Source: a bacterium (GTDB lineage Bacteria > Zhuqueibacterota > Zhuqueibacteria > Residuimicrobiales > Krinioviventaceae). From it: a stretch of 64,000 nucleotides of DNA. The DNA is taken from positions 64,001-128,000 of the forward strand of contig CAXXMD010000003.1 of the NCBI GenBank assembly GCA_963675755.2. Reading direction: 5' to 3'. The notes beneath the pieces were generated by a model. The model searched no databases. It saw only the letters and a list, made by a program, of their open reading frames with translations, and was not told where the DNA came from. Shown in pieces: positions 20,494-30,519 of the stretch (the first letter of the stretch is position 1; every line of letters starts with the position of its first letter). A program made the translations under genes and the position numbers.

Positions 20494-21816
20494 TTACAGT
20501 CCGCTAAATTGAACTCCACTGAACAACATGGATGGCATCTTGTAGGAGGAATAAGGATACGGATCATTTCCCACTTGCTCCAATTTCTGCCAAAAGTCCT
20601 TAGAGTTTCCGGATATGTTCATTTCATTTACAGGTTTTACAATTTTTCCATTTTCGACCAACAGGCCTACAATACCAAATGAAAAATCACCTGTGGTTGA
20701 ATTGGAATTCCCACCAATAAAACCGGTCACCAAAATGCCCTTGTTGACTTTTTTGATCATATCATCACCACTTTGATCACCATAGTCAAACAAAACATTC
20801 GATGTTGATCCGGAATTGGGCTCCCAGCCCAGTTTATTGCCATAATAATTATCAACCAGATATTCTTTCAATACACCTTTTTCAATCAAAACTCTTTTTT
20901 CTGCCTTCAGGCCTTCTCCATCAAACAGTTTTGATCCCAAACCACGTTGTATAAATGGATCATCAATAACGGTCAAAAGAGGTGAAGCAACCGGTTTATC
21001 AAGCATATCTTCAAGATAAGAGTTCTTTTGTTGTATGGATTGTGCAGACATGGGTCCCAACAGCAATCCCAATAGACGGCCCGAAGTTCGGTTTTCCACA
21101 ATCATATCATATTGTCCGGATTCGATTTTGTCCTGTCCCACTTTGCGTAATGCACGTCGAACAGCATCCTTGCCAAGGCCTTCAGGTTTTGTAAGGTCCT
21201 GATAATATCGGGAAACCGCCCAGGCCCAATCCGAGGGTCTGCCACCGTTGGCATCTTTAACGGTCACTTCGGCACCGCAGTCAAACAGAGTAGACTCTGT
21301 TTCGCCTACAAAGCCGTTGCTGTTCATCTTTATATTGTGATAGCGTGTATCAGAGTAACCGGCCGTAACCGAAATAATCTGATCGCTTTGCTCAAGAGCA
21401 ACAGCTTCTATTGCAGAGGCAATTTCTACACGCTGTTTGGAGTCGATCTTTTCATAAACAGGATCAATCAAATCCAGATTTTTATCAAGAGACTTGGGAT
21501 AATATTTTTTATCTGGTAAGGCTCTGAATTTATCCGGCGTAAGATATTTGGTACTGGCTACTGCTTCTTTAATAAAGGCTTCCAGCGAATCTTTACGCAT
21601 ATCATTCGTAGAATGGCTTGAGTATTTCTGTTCTGTAAATATTTTTAATGACAAACCATTCTGTGTAGACTCTTCCAGCTTTTCCAGTTTACGATCACGG
21701 ATTTCAATACCCACTTCACGCTGATTAGAGATGGATACCGAAGTCTCGCTTGAACCGTATTTTTTTGCCGTTTCAATAACCCATTCGGCAAGATTTATTC
21801 TTTCAGATGTTTTCAT
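20494..21816 (-). CDS. pmbA: PmbA/TldE subunit of TldDE protease
   Basis: DDP....LGS..FDGEG, TGDFS.G..G...ENG....PV.E..ISGN; lacks HExxH; adjacent to tldD. Confidence 0.9.
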   Translation of the reverse strand: MKTSERINLAEWVIETAKKYGSSETSVSISNQREVGIEIRDRKLEKLEESTQNGLSLKIFTEQKYSSHSTNDMRKDSLEAFIKEAVASTKYLTPDKFRALPDKKYYPKSLDKNLDLIDPVYEKIDSKQRVEIASAIEAVALEQSDQIISVTAGYSDTRYHNIKMNSNGFVGETESTLFDCGAEVTVKDANGGRPSDWAWAVSRYYQDLTKPEGLGKDAVRRALRKVGQDKIESGQYDMIVENRTSGRLLGLLLGPMSAQSIQQKNSYLEDMLDKPVASPLLTVIDDPFIQRGLGSKLFDGEGLKAEKRVLIEKGVLKEYLVDNYYGNKLGWEPNSGSTSNVLFDYGDQSGDDMIKKVNKGILVTGFIGGNSNSTTGDFSFGIVGLLVENGKIVKPVNEMNISGNSKDFWQKLEQVGNDPYPYSSYKMPSMLFSGVQFSGL

Positions 21817-21839
21817 AATTTAAATTCCTGTTCCTTTTT

Positions 21840-23381
21840 TTATGAGACGCCACCAACAGTAATTTTTGAAACTTTGACTGTGGGTAATCCCAGTGATACC
21901 GGTACACTCTGACCGTCTTTACCGCAAACCCAGCCGCCTCTGTCCAGTTCAAAATCATCAGCTACCATGGTAATGTCCTTGAGTACCTGGGGACCGTTAC
22001 CAATGATGTTGACATCTTTGACCGGGCGTGTCAGTTTGCCGTCTTCAATGAGATAGCCGGATTTCACATAGAATGTAAAATCTCCGGCGCCAATAAATAC
22101 CTGACCGTTGGTAAAGGATTTTGCGTAAAGACCTTTTTTTACACTGCCAATAATCTCGTCCTTTTTATGAGGTCCGGGCAGCATATAAGTATTACGCATT
22201 CGCGGCAGGGGCGCGTGTCTGAAAGACTGACGGCGGCCGCTTCCAGTCGGGTTTACTTTATAGTATTTTGCGCTGATTCGATCATGCAGATAACTGCGCA
22301 AAACACCATCCTGTACAAGGAACGTCTTTTCTGTATCGTTGCCTTCATCATCTATATTAATGGAACCCCGTATATTGGGATTGGTTCCGTCATCTACTAT
22401 ATTGACAATGTTCTCAGCAACCGGTTTGTTGATCTTGTCTGAAAAAATTGATATTTCTTTACGGTTAAAATCTGCTTCCATACCATGACCAATGGCTTCA
22501 TGCAGCAATATTCCGGAACCACCTGCCGCTAAAACCACTTCCATTTCACCTGCTTCGGGCTTGACCGCTTCAAACAGCGATACGGTGCGTTCAACAGCTT
22601 CGGTTGCAAGTTCTTCAATACGGTCCGGAGTATAAAACTCGATGCCGTATCGACCCGATAGATTATAACCATTCTGTTCTTTTTTACCATCCTGTTCAGC
22701 AGTGCAATATACTCCCATATAAGTCAGAGGCTGATAATCAAAAGCAATTTTGCCTTCTGATGTGGCAATGAGAATCTTGGAAACTTCGTTGGTAAACGTA
22801 ATTCGGGACTTGATAATGCGGGGATCTTTAGCAAAAACCTTGTCATTTACGGTTTGCAACAGCGGGATCTTGCGATCAATACTAACATCCTGCCATGAGG
22901 TTTTAATAGGATAATAATTCGGGGTTTTTTGTAGATTAAATTCTACAGGCGCTATGGTCTTTGAACTGTTGGCAATATTTGCCGCTGTTTTTGCAGCCAA
23001 TAGCATGGCTTCGCGCGTCAACTCTTCGGTAAAAGAAAAACCGGTCTGGTCACCTTTTAATACCCGTATACCCACACCCAGATCAATATCTGAATAGGCA
23101 CGATTCACAGCCTTGTCTTCAAGGCCAACATAATTATATATCTTGTTTTGAAAATACACATCACAATAGTCACCACCCATTGACATGCCGGCAGCAATGA
23201 TTTCTGAAATCAGTTTTTCATCAACGCCAAACAGTGCAAAATAATCGTTCAAAGATTGGGTTTCCATAGCCATCACCTTTTCTACATCAGCCGAAATAAG
23301 TAGAGGTACACTTAACGAGGCTGCAGCCATTCCTGTTGCGCTGTTTTTGATAAACCTTCGTCGAGTCATATTCGGACACAT
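21840..23381 (-). CDS. tldD: TldD metalloprotease subunit with Tat-like N-terminal signal
   Basis: LLHEAIGHGMEAD, DDEG, PRMRNTY, CGKDGQSVPV; N-terminus TRRRFIK + Ala-rich h-region. Confidence 0.92.
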   Translation of the reverse strand: MCPNMTRRRFIKNSATGMAAASLSVPLLISADVEKVMAMETQSLNDYFALFGVDEKLISEIIAAGMSMGGDYCDVYFQNKIYNYVGLEDKAVNRAYSDIDLGVGIRVLKGDQTGFSFTEELTREAMLLAAKTAANIANSSKTIAPVEFNLQKTPNYYPIKTSWQDVSIDRKIPLLQTVNDKVFAKDPRIIKSRITFTNEVSKILIATSEGKIAFDYQPLTYMGVYCTAEQDGKKEQNGYNLSGRYGIEFYTPDRIEELATEAVERTVSLFEAVKPEAGEMEVVLAAGGSGILLHEAIGHGMEADFNRKEISIFSDKINKPVAENIVNIVDDGTNPNIRGSINIDDEGNDTEKTFLVQDGVLRSYLHDRISAKYYKVNPTGSGRRQSFRHAPLPRMRNTYMLPGPHKKDEIIGSVKKGLYAKSFTNGQVFIGAGDFTFYVKSGYLIEDGKLTRPVKDVNIIGNGPQVLKDITMVADDFELDRGGWVCGKDGQSVPVSLGLPTVKVSKITVGGVS

Positions 23382-23455
23382 AGCTCCTCCATATTCTGTA
23401 TTCGTTTCGATGTTTTCTATTCATTTCAAATGTTTACGTAATTTATGTCCTGGGG

Positions 23456-24595
23456 TTACAGATTGTCCCGTTTAATCAACAATCCGGTAATATTTCTTGT
23501 AATTTGAGAAATCAGATCACCGGCGTTCTGAATTGCTGTCTCCAATGACATGGGGCCATTGCATATTGAAAAACAACCGCTTAGCCCTGTTTCTTCCAAA
23601 GATTTTTGGGACGCGGTTACACTTCCCGCAACAGCAATTACCGGTACATTATACTTACCCGCAATGTTGCAGATGCCTGCAATAGTCTTGCCAAAAACGA
23701 TCTGATCGTCAATCCGCCCCTCTCCGGTAATAATATAATCCGCGTCTTGAATGCGTTCCTCAAAACGGCACTCGTTCAAGACCAGTTCCACACCGGATTT
23801 TAATTCCGCATTCAAAAATGCTACCAAACCACCGCCCAGTCCACCGGCAGCGCCAGCACCCGGAATATTGCGTACATCTTTGTGCGCTTTAAGGATATCG
23901 GCAAGATGTTGCATATTTTCTTCCAGTTCATCACAAATTTCCGGTGACGCACCTTTTTGCGGAGAATAGACATATACCGCGCCATTTTCTCCCAACAACG
24001 GATTGGTTACATCACAAGCCGCAGAGATGTGAATTTGGGATGTATCCAGTTCCAGCCCGCTGTAATCCACCCGGCTTACCCTGCCCATCAGGTGTCCGTT
24101 CATTTTTTCGGTAATTTCTTTATCTTTAGAGTCAAAAAATTTCACACCCAATGCCTGTGCCATCCCCGTACCCAGGTCTGTTGTTGCTGAACCACCTATG
24201 CCCATAATGATGCGCTTGCAGCCACGTGCTATTGCATTATGTAAAAGCTCTCCGGTACCATAGGTCGTGGTTTTTAAAGGATTCCGTAGTTCAACCGGGA
24301 CCAGCATCAATCCGCTTGCGGCAGCCATTTCAATAATGGCAGTTTTACCATCACCCAATATACCCCATTGCGCGTTTACGAGTTCTCCCAAAGGCCCTGT
24401 TACCGTCGAGTACTGCATAGTCCCGTTCGTGGCCGAAACCAGGGTTTCTACAGTGCCTTCTCCACCATCTGCAACGGGTATGGATTCGGTAATTATAGAT
24501 GCATCCTGCGCATGGATCGCTTTTTCAATAACCGCACACACCTCTACAGCGGAAAGACTGTCTTTGAAAGAATCCGGCGCAATAATTATCTTCAT
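23456..24595 (-). CDS. glxK: Glycerate kinase
   Basis: IAPDSFK.SL, PVADGGEGT, IEMAAASGL, GIGGSAT.D.G, GAGAAGGLG, TGEG.ID.Q...GK. Confidence 0.93.
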   Translation of the reverse strand: MKIIIAPDSFKDSLSAVEVCAVIEKAIHAQDASIITESIPVADGGEGTVETLVSATNGTMQYSTVTGPLGELVNAQWGILGDGKTAIIEMAAASGLMLVPVELRNPLKTTTYGTGELLHNAIARGCKRIIMGIGGSATTDLGTGMAQALGVKFFDSKDKEITEKMNGHLMGRVSRVDYSGLELDTSQIHISAACDVTNPLLGENGAVYVYSPQKGASPEICDELEENMQHLADILKAHKDVRNIPGAGAAGGLGGGLVAFLNAELKSGVELVLNECRFEERIQDADYIITGEGRIDDQIVFGKTIAGICNIAGKYNVPVIAVAGSVTASQKSLEETGLSGCFSICNGPMSLETAIQNAGDLISQITRNITGLLIKRDNL

Positions 24596-24765
24596 ATGTT
24601 GTCCTCGGTTTAATGAAAAGTTAGTGTTTTTACTGCAAATTGCAAGTAAATAATCTTAAACATTGATCACAAACAAGATAATAACAGTAATTCCATAAAA
24701 TAAAAAACTTGATACTTTATCAATTTTCTATTATACTAAAACAGGGACATTTAAGGGGAGTATTT

Positions 24766-25776
24766 ATGAAATTTTATTATTATATCTTAATCATTGGAAT
24801 TTTATTCGTTTCCTGCTGGAACAAACAAAAACATGACATAACCCGTCCTGTTGTGCCGCATTATAATTTTTATGGCACCACTCTGGATTATGTGACTGGA
24901 CAACCGGTTCCCAATGCAACTTTGAAAGTCACCGGGCAATATATGCTTTATGATATTGAATTTCCTACACAAATTGTGCAATCTGACAGTATGGGAAATT
25001 ACAGCATTGACCCCATATACCCCGGTACTTATACCCTGAGTTTGAATATTGATGATTGCTGGTTAAATGAAATCAGGCTGCAAATTGACCATGAGGACCG
25101 GCTCATGGATATAAAAATACCGGAAACTTTTATTACCAAAGAATTTATAAACGATCCCACATCAAAATACAGATATGTGAATGCGAGTTATCCCTGTTTT
25201 GCTATAAACAGCCTTACCGGTGTTTTACCCGTCAAAACTGTAAATAATTCAACAGGTGAAGCAAGATATTTTTTCAGCAAACTATCATTAAAATACGGAG
25301 TAGGTATATTTCGTTCCGCCCGGGAAACTGAAACGGACTTGTCTTTCACTCATCAGCTCTCCATAGGAAATGGATTATACTATACCTTTAAACATCCGGA
25401 TTCTATCAAAGTATTCGATCAGGTCCAGTGCACCTATTTGCAATCCATTGCAACCGGTATCAATATTAAAGATATTGCTTTTAATATATATGACAGGACC
25501 CTGTACGCCTGCACGGACTCACTCCTCTATTCCATAGATCCAGACTCGTACCAGCCTACCGAAGTCGCTCCGCTTCCCCTGAACGGTGTGTCTCTATTTA
25601 CCTTTCACAGGAATATTCTGTATTTACTCAAAGATGATCTGTTATTCAGACTGGATGAAAACCTGGCAATTGACAAGGTTATGGCGCTTGTAGATAAGGA
25701 TTATAGCAATCAATATGTTAGCATATACGATCTGGCATTTGATGGTTACGACAACTTGTGGGTGAGCATTCAGTAA
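24766..25776 (+). CDS. Lipoprotein with carboxypeptidase-regulatory-like domain and probable beta-propeller
   Basis: GGGGAG RBS, lipobox FVSC, G...D..TG.PV.NA.L...SD..G.Y.I..I.PG.Y.L; C-terminal beta repeats ending LAFDG.DNLWV. Confidence 0.6.
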   Translation: MKFYYYILIIGILFVSCWNKQKHDITRPVVPHYNFYGTTLDYVTGQPVPNATLKVTGQYMLYDIEFPTQIVQSDSMGNYSIDPIYPGTYTLSLNIDDCWLNEIRLQIDHEDRLMDIKIPETFITKEFINDPTSKYRYVNASYPCFAINSLTGVLPVKTVNNSTGEARYFFSKLSLKYGVGIFRSARETETDLSFTHQLSIGNGLYYTFKHPDSIKVFDQVQCTYLQSIATGINIKDIAFNIYDRTLYACTDSLLYSIDPDSYQPTEVAPLPLNGVSLFTFHRNILYLLKDDLLFRLDENLAIDKVMALVDKDYSNQYVSIYDLAFDGYDNLWVSIQ

Positions 25777-25881
25777 TAAAACCCTGGATATATCAAACGG
25801 ATTCATATTTCCGCAAATCCTGAAATAATCCCATAATATGTATATGTTAAACAGATAACATTTAACAACAGGGGTATTTCA

Positions 25882-26835
25882 ATGAAGTATGAAAACATTA
25901 CTAAAGCAGAAAAGAAAAAGCTGGAAAAACTGCGCGAGATCATACACGATCATAAACTGCCGAAAAAAACACTGGACAGTAATCTTTTAATCTCTACGTT
26001 CAATATTCGCGAGTTTGGCAACAAACGACGCGAGAGCTATGCCATAAACGCACTGGCAGAGATCTGCTCTAATTTTGATATCATTGCCATACAGGAGCTG
26101 CGCTCGAATCTGGATGATCTGGACCGCCTCATGAATGTACTAGGTCACCATTGGAAAGCCATATTCAACGATCCCGCCGGTGAGGCCATGAATCCCGGAA
26201 ACGATGAACGACTGGGATATATTTACGACAGCCGCAAACTGACCTTTACCGGTATGGCCGCGGAATTGATGGTAACGGACGATTTTCTGAAAACCGCCGG
26301 CATTCCGGATGATCACATGAGCGTGCCCTGGCGTGTTCCTTATATGGTTTCGTTCAAGACCAGCACTTTTGACTTTGTGCTGTTGACTGTGCACATTCAG
26401 TGGAATTCCAAAGGCGGTATTACCGCCCGCGCTAAAGAGATTGAAATGATCACCAACTGGATTGGTAATCGGGTTAACAAGGCCAAGATCTATGATCCCG
26501 ATATCTTTGTACTGGGTGATTTCAACATCCCTTCTATCCGCAGCAAGACTTTTAAAGCGCTGGAAGAACACGGACTGGTGGTGCACAAAAAGCTGCGTAA
26601 AATCAAAACTAACCTGAAACAGAACGCGCATTACGACCAGATTGCCTATTACGAACAAAACACGGACTGCGAGGTCTCAAACGCCGGTGTAATCAATTTT
26701 TACGACGCCTTTTTCAAAGACGATATGCCGGATTCGGCGTACAAAGCCCTGACTTTTCAGCTCTCAGACCACCTTCCCCTCTGGGCCGAATTCAAAATCA
26801 ACGAAGTAGAATTGGACAAGTATGTGTATCAATGA
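25882..26835 (+). CDS. DNase I-like endonuclease/exonuclease/phosphatase family protein
   Basis: STFNIREF, DIIAIQE, ERLGYIYD, R.PY...F, LGDFNI, YDQI, SDHLPLW. Confidence 0.88.
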   Translation: MKYENITKAEKKKLEKLREIIHDHKLPKKTLDSNLLISTFNIREFGNKRRESYAINALAEICSNFDIIAIQELRSNLDDLDRLMNVLGHHWKAIFNDPAGEAMNPGNDERLGYIYDSRKLTFTGMAAELMVTDDFLKTAGIPDDHMSVPWRVPYMVSFKTSTFDFVLLTVHIQWNSKGGITARAKEIEMITNWIGNRVNKAKIYDPDIFVLGDFNIPSIRSKTFKALEEHGLVVHKKLRKIKTNLKQNAHYDQIAYYEQNTDCEVSNAGVINFYDAFFKDDMPDSAYKALTFQLSDHLPLWAEFKINEVELDKYVYQ

Positions 26836-26940
26836 GGTTAAATTTATAAAGGTCGTAATATTGAATCCCGCACATTGATCGCGATACAGATCCCTGGCTA
26901 TCAAAGTCCCCCTTGTACACTGAATTTCTCTACCACCGAT

Positions 26941-26964
26941 CGCGATGCAGATTCCTGCATCGCG
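26941..26964. repeat. Palindrome family D
   Basis: cgcgatgcag-attc-ctgcatcgcg; degenerate copy at ~26875; related copies at 45339 and ~45168. Confidence 0.7.
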
Positions 26965-27051
26965 GAATATCTTGACGTTATTTATATCCCATTATCATTC
27001 TGAAATACGAGTGAATCCCATATCTCCCCCGAATTCATCTTAATTCAGACA

Positions 27052-27095
27052 AAAAAAATCCGGTACCCGCAAACAAGCAGATACCGGATTATTAT
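27052..27095. terminator. Intrinsic terminator (strongest for minus-strand GLUG gene)
   Basis: A8 + aatccggta...taccggatt stem. Confidence 0.75.
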
Positions 27096-27109
27096 AAATT
27101 TTTAAAATC

Positions 27110-28921
27110 TTATTTGATGAACAAAACCTTTTCAACCAGCGTCCGGTGATCAGCATTCATTTTTACAAAATAAGCACCGGAAGGAACAAGGTTACCTGCC
27201 TTATCTGTGCCGTTCCAGTCGATCTCATAACTACCGGCTGTTTGTTTGCCTGTGTACAAATCCCGTACCTTGCGGCCCAGCATATCATATACCACAATTT
27301 CCACATTCGTAGCATTAGCAAGATGATAGGTAATGCGCGTCTGCGGATTAAAGGGATTGGGGTACGCCTTGTCCAGTTGTGTGGTCTGCGGCAATGCCTC
27401 TGTCTCTACAGACACGGATTTATAGGTGTGCTGCTCTCCATTCACACTGACATCCGACAAGCGATAAGCATAAGTCGCACCGGATTCAGTCTGCGCATCG
27501 GTATAAGCATAACAGCTCTGCTGTGATGTGGTGCCTTGTCCTGCCAGATCGCTACAGGTCCGGTAAGACGCAACAACCTGCCAGGTATTCTGATTATCCT
27601 GCAAGCGTTCTAAAATGAATCCCAGGTTATCTCGTTCACAGGCGGTTGTCCATTCAATTATCACAGACTGTCCCTCACAACGTGCGGTAAACGCGGCTAG
27701 CTCCACCGGTAGACTATTGTCCGCACCAGTTTGCCATGACAAAATCGGATAACCACTGTTCACAGTCTGTTCCTGGTCTGCATCCCAGTAATTATTAATA
27801 CCGTTAGCTGTTTCAACCACAAAGTCCCAACCAGCTGCGGTAAACGTAGTATAATCTTTCATTTCACTGGTCGTTTTAGCAGTAGCACCGGTAGCGGTCG
27901 TCTGAATTGAAGCTTCATAATCAAAAAAGTTGTTTGAATAGGATGGTGTACCGGTTTCGGTCGCGACAAAACCCTTATCAGAAGGATCAGCTCCTCCATC
28001 ATACGTCACAGATCCAATCGAGTAACAATTGGTAATACTGCCGCCATCCTGTTCACCTGCAAATGCACCAAAGCCCGTCAAACTGGAAGTATACCGGGTC
28101 ACATCACCGGTTGAGTAACAATTGGTTATGGATGAAGCACTGTAGCCTACAAATCCTCCTGTCAAATTGTCATAACAGCTGACGTCACCGGTTGAATAGC
28201 TTTGAGAAATGGTCCCTTCATTATCGCCTACCAGTCCGCCTATTTTTTCTGTAATTATTGCAGTACCTTCTACATTACCAAGAGAATAACAATCAGTAAT
28301 AGTAGCTGCTCCAACAGTATGCCCCACCAGACCACCACCCGCCTGAGTACTGGCATATACAGCACAGGCGCTGGCAGAACCAGTAATGTTACCATACAAA
28401 TATCCTACAAGTCCTCCTACAAAAGTACCTCCGGTAACAGTACCGGAAATTTCACAATTGGTTATGGTACAGGGCATGGAAACACATCGGCCAATCATGC
28501 CGCCAACATAATCCTGGCCGGTCACGGTTGCATTCCCAAGCGATACATTCACGATCGTTGCACCATTCGCCTCGCCAAATAATCCAATTGAGCTGGTAGC
28601 AGATCGATTGATATAGAGATTTGAAATAATAAATTCCTGACCGTCATAATCACCGGTAAAACGAGTTGAACTGTTTCCAATAGGGGTAAAACCACTCCCG
28701 CCATCCCATGACGATGAAGCTGCCGCATTGATTAGTGCGGTTTGTTTGAAATACTTGTTCCATTCAGTGCTATTTTGCGTAATCCAATAGAGATTTTCCA
28801 GTGTGGCAATCTCGTAAGGTGCCCCCGAACTCCCGTCTCCAACCGAAGGAGCAGTGGCTGTTTGCGCAAAAGATAATACTGTAAAGCAGAAAAGTAAAAG
28901 CAACAGTAGCAATCGTCTCAT
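27110..28921 (-). CDS. Secreted GLUG-motif beta-helix protein with LPVEL domain and C-terminal sorting domain
   Basis: GGAGG RBS, signal MRRLLLLL; GDG...PYEIAT, FTPIG...FTG.YDG, repeated VGGLVG/CYSTGDV; SLPVEL..F; AYPNPFNP...KVLFIK. Confidence 0.85.
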   Translation of the reverse strand: MRRLLLLLLLFCFTVLSFAQTATAPSVGDGSSGAPYEIATLENLYWITQNSTEWNKYFKQTALINAAASSSWDGGSGFTPIGNSSTRFTGDYDGQEFIISNLYINRSATSSIGLFGEANGATIVNVSLGNATVTGQDYVGGMIGRCVSMPCTITNCEISGTVTGGTFVGGLVGYLYGNITGSASACAVYASTQAGGGLVGHTVGAATITDCYSLGNVEGTAIITEKIGGLVGDNEGTISQSYSTGDVSCYDNLTGGFVGYSASSITNCYSTGDVTRYTSSLTGFGAFAGEQDGGSITNCYSIGSVTYDGGADPSDKGFVATETGTPSYSNNFFDYEASIQTTATGATAKTTSEMKDYTTFTAAGWDFVVETANGINNYWDADQEQTVNSGYPILSWQTGADNSLPVELAAFTARCEGQSVIIEWTTACERDNLGFILERLQDNQNTWQVVASYRTCSDLAGQGTTSQQSCYAYTDAQTESGATYAYRLSDVSVNGEQHTYKSVSVETEALPQTTQLDKAYPNPFNPQTRITYHLANATNVEIVVYDMLGRKVRDLYTGKQTAGSYEIDWNGTDKAGNLVPSGAYFVKMNADHRTLVEKVLFIK

Positions 28922-29024
28922 TCTTCCTCCCAATGTTCTGTTTTTAAAAAAATAATTATGGTAATAGCCCAATGTAAAACAACATATTGTTTTATAAATT
29001 AAAAAACAATGATTTTTATCACAT

Positions 29025-30338
29025 TTACCGGAAAAATTCACGAGTAAATCCGTCACCCAGACGAATAGCTTCCTGAATGGCCCCCGAGTACCCCGGTTTG
29101 ATCAGATTCACATAATCCCACACAATACGCTTATCCGGAGTAACTTCAAACACCCGACCTTTGGTGGTTTCGGTGATAAGCAGGTTTCCATTCTCTAACC
29201 ATTGGTGTTTACCCATTAGGTTAGAGTAAAATGGCCCGGTATTGCTCCCCTCATACCAAACCTCTACACTGCCGTCAGTCACATCTTCTACCAGAATCCG
29301 ACTTTTGCCTGATGGATTTGCATCCGGCAGTTGATTATTGTTATCAAAAACGGATATATGATCACCATCAATAAAATCCGGATCGTGTTGGCGCACATAT
29401 TTACCGGTACTGATATATTTAATTTTCAACGCTACCGGATCAAAAACCAGCACCGTATTGATATTTCGTAACGACACCATCACATCCCCGGGTACAAACA
29501 CTCCTGGCTGCATTGCAGAGGAAAATATTTCTACATCGTTCAGATGCAAAAGGTCCCCGGTTACATTGGCAACTTTATTATCAATGCTTGACATACTCAG
29601 CAGCCCCATATAACCATTGTCTTTTAACAGAGAAAACAGTTCAATCTGCCTGAGAATCTCACCCGTATCCGGTGAAACTTTAAGCACAAGCGGTTCAATC
29701 AGCCACGGTAACAAGTTGGGAAAGCCCTCTATTGGTCCACCATGGTCGATCTGTCCGCACACCCACAAATATCCATCCTCATCCACAAAAACCGAGTGAT
29801 GGGTACGGTGCGCCAGTTTCCAAACTACGTTCCCTTGCATGTCCATTCGCACCAGTCCCAAGTGATCAAAATTGAATACAATATCGCCATTGGGCATTAA
29901 TTTAATACCGTGAATCTGTGTACCGGGCAGGGATTTGGGAACAAACTCGTTCTTTACATGTTCACAATCCGGCCAGATCTCAAACCAGTCAATGCGCCAT
30001 TGATGAACTATTTCCCCCTCAAAATCTATAATCTTTACACTCAGAACCTTGTCCGCATCAATAGAAGATATTAACGTCAAACCCGGCTGAACCGCTGTAC
30101 TATCATAACCCTGTACAGGCTTGTCCAATTCGGTTTCATGAAAAAACCATGTGTCCTGCCCCGTGATTTGGTCTTTAAAATCGCTGGCAGTAGTAAAGGC
30201 ATTTCTGATCAATGGATACGGAAAAATCTTCATTCGCTGGGTTAAAAATCCATATACAAAAAACAGAAAACATAGTGAAAAGATGAATAATATAAAAGGC
30301 AGGTGTTGGAAAAATCGATTTACGGATTTTCGGGCCAA
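29025..30338 (-). CDS. Arylsulfotransferase (ASST) family protein
   Basis: N-terminal TM anchor; THHS, LHLNDV, VSLRN, QHDP, LENGNLLITE...GRVFEV. Confidence 0.78.
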   Translation of the reverse strand: MARKSVNRFFQHLPFILFIFSLCFLFFVYGFLTQRMKIFPYPLIRNAFTTASDFKDQITGQDTWFFHETELDKPVQGYDSTAVQPGLTLISSIDADKVLSVKIIDFEGEIVHQWRIDWFEIWPDCEHVKNEFVPKSLPGTQIHGIKLMPNGDIVFNFDHLGLVRMDMQGNVVWKLAHRTHHSVFVDEDGYLWVCGQIDHGGPIEGFPNLLPWLIEPLVLKVSPDTGEILRQIELFSLLKDNGYMGLLSMSSIDNKVANVTGDLLHLNDVEIFSSAMQPGVFVPGDVMVSLRNINTVLVFDPVALKIKYISTGKYVRQHDPDFIDGDHISVFDNNNQLPDANPSGKSRILVEDVTDGSVEVWYEGSNTGPFYSNLMGKHQWLENGNLLITETTKGRVFEVTPDKRIVWDYVNLIKPGYSGAIQEAIRLGDGFTREFFR

Positions 30339-30519
30339 AACATTTCCTCGTTATCTACTTCAAAAGAATGTAACAGGTTTGACAGGAAATTGCAAGCAGA
30401 ATGTACTCTAGATTCATATTAAAAAATTCACCAAAATTCGCAATTTTAGGTTGACCGGCTTGAATATTTTTGTTATAATTCAAGATACACATTTTACAAT
30501 TACAACCGGAGAATCCCAA

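Noticed and set aside
28922-29056. Overlap between GLUG gene and arylsulfotransferase
   Set aside because: Artefact of the longest-ORF call; RBS and signal peptide place the start at 28921
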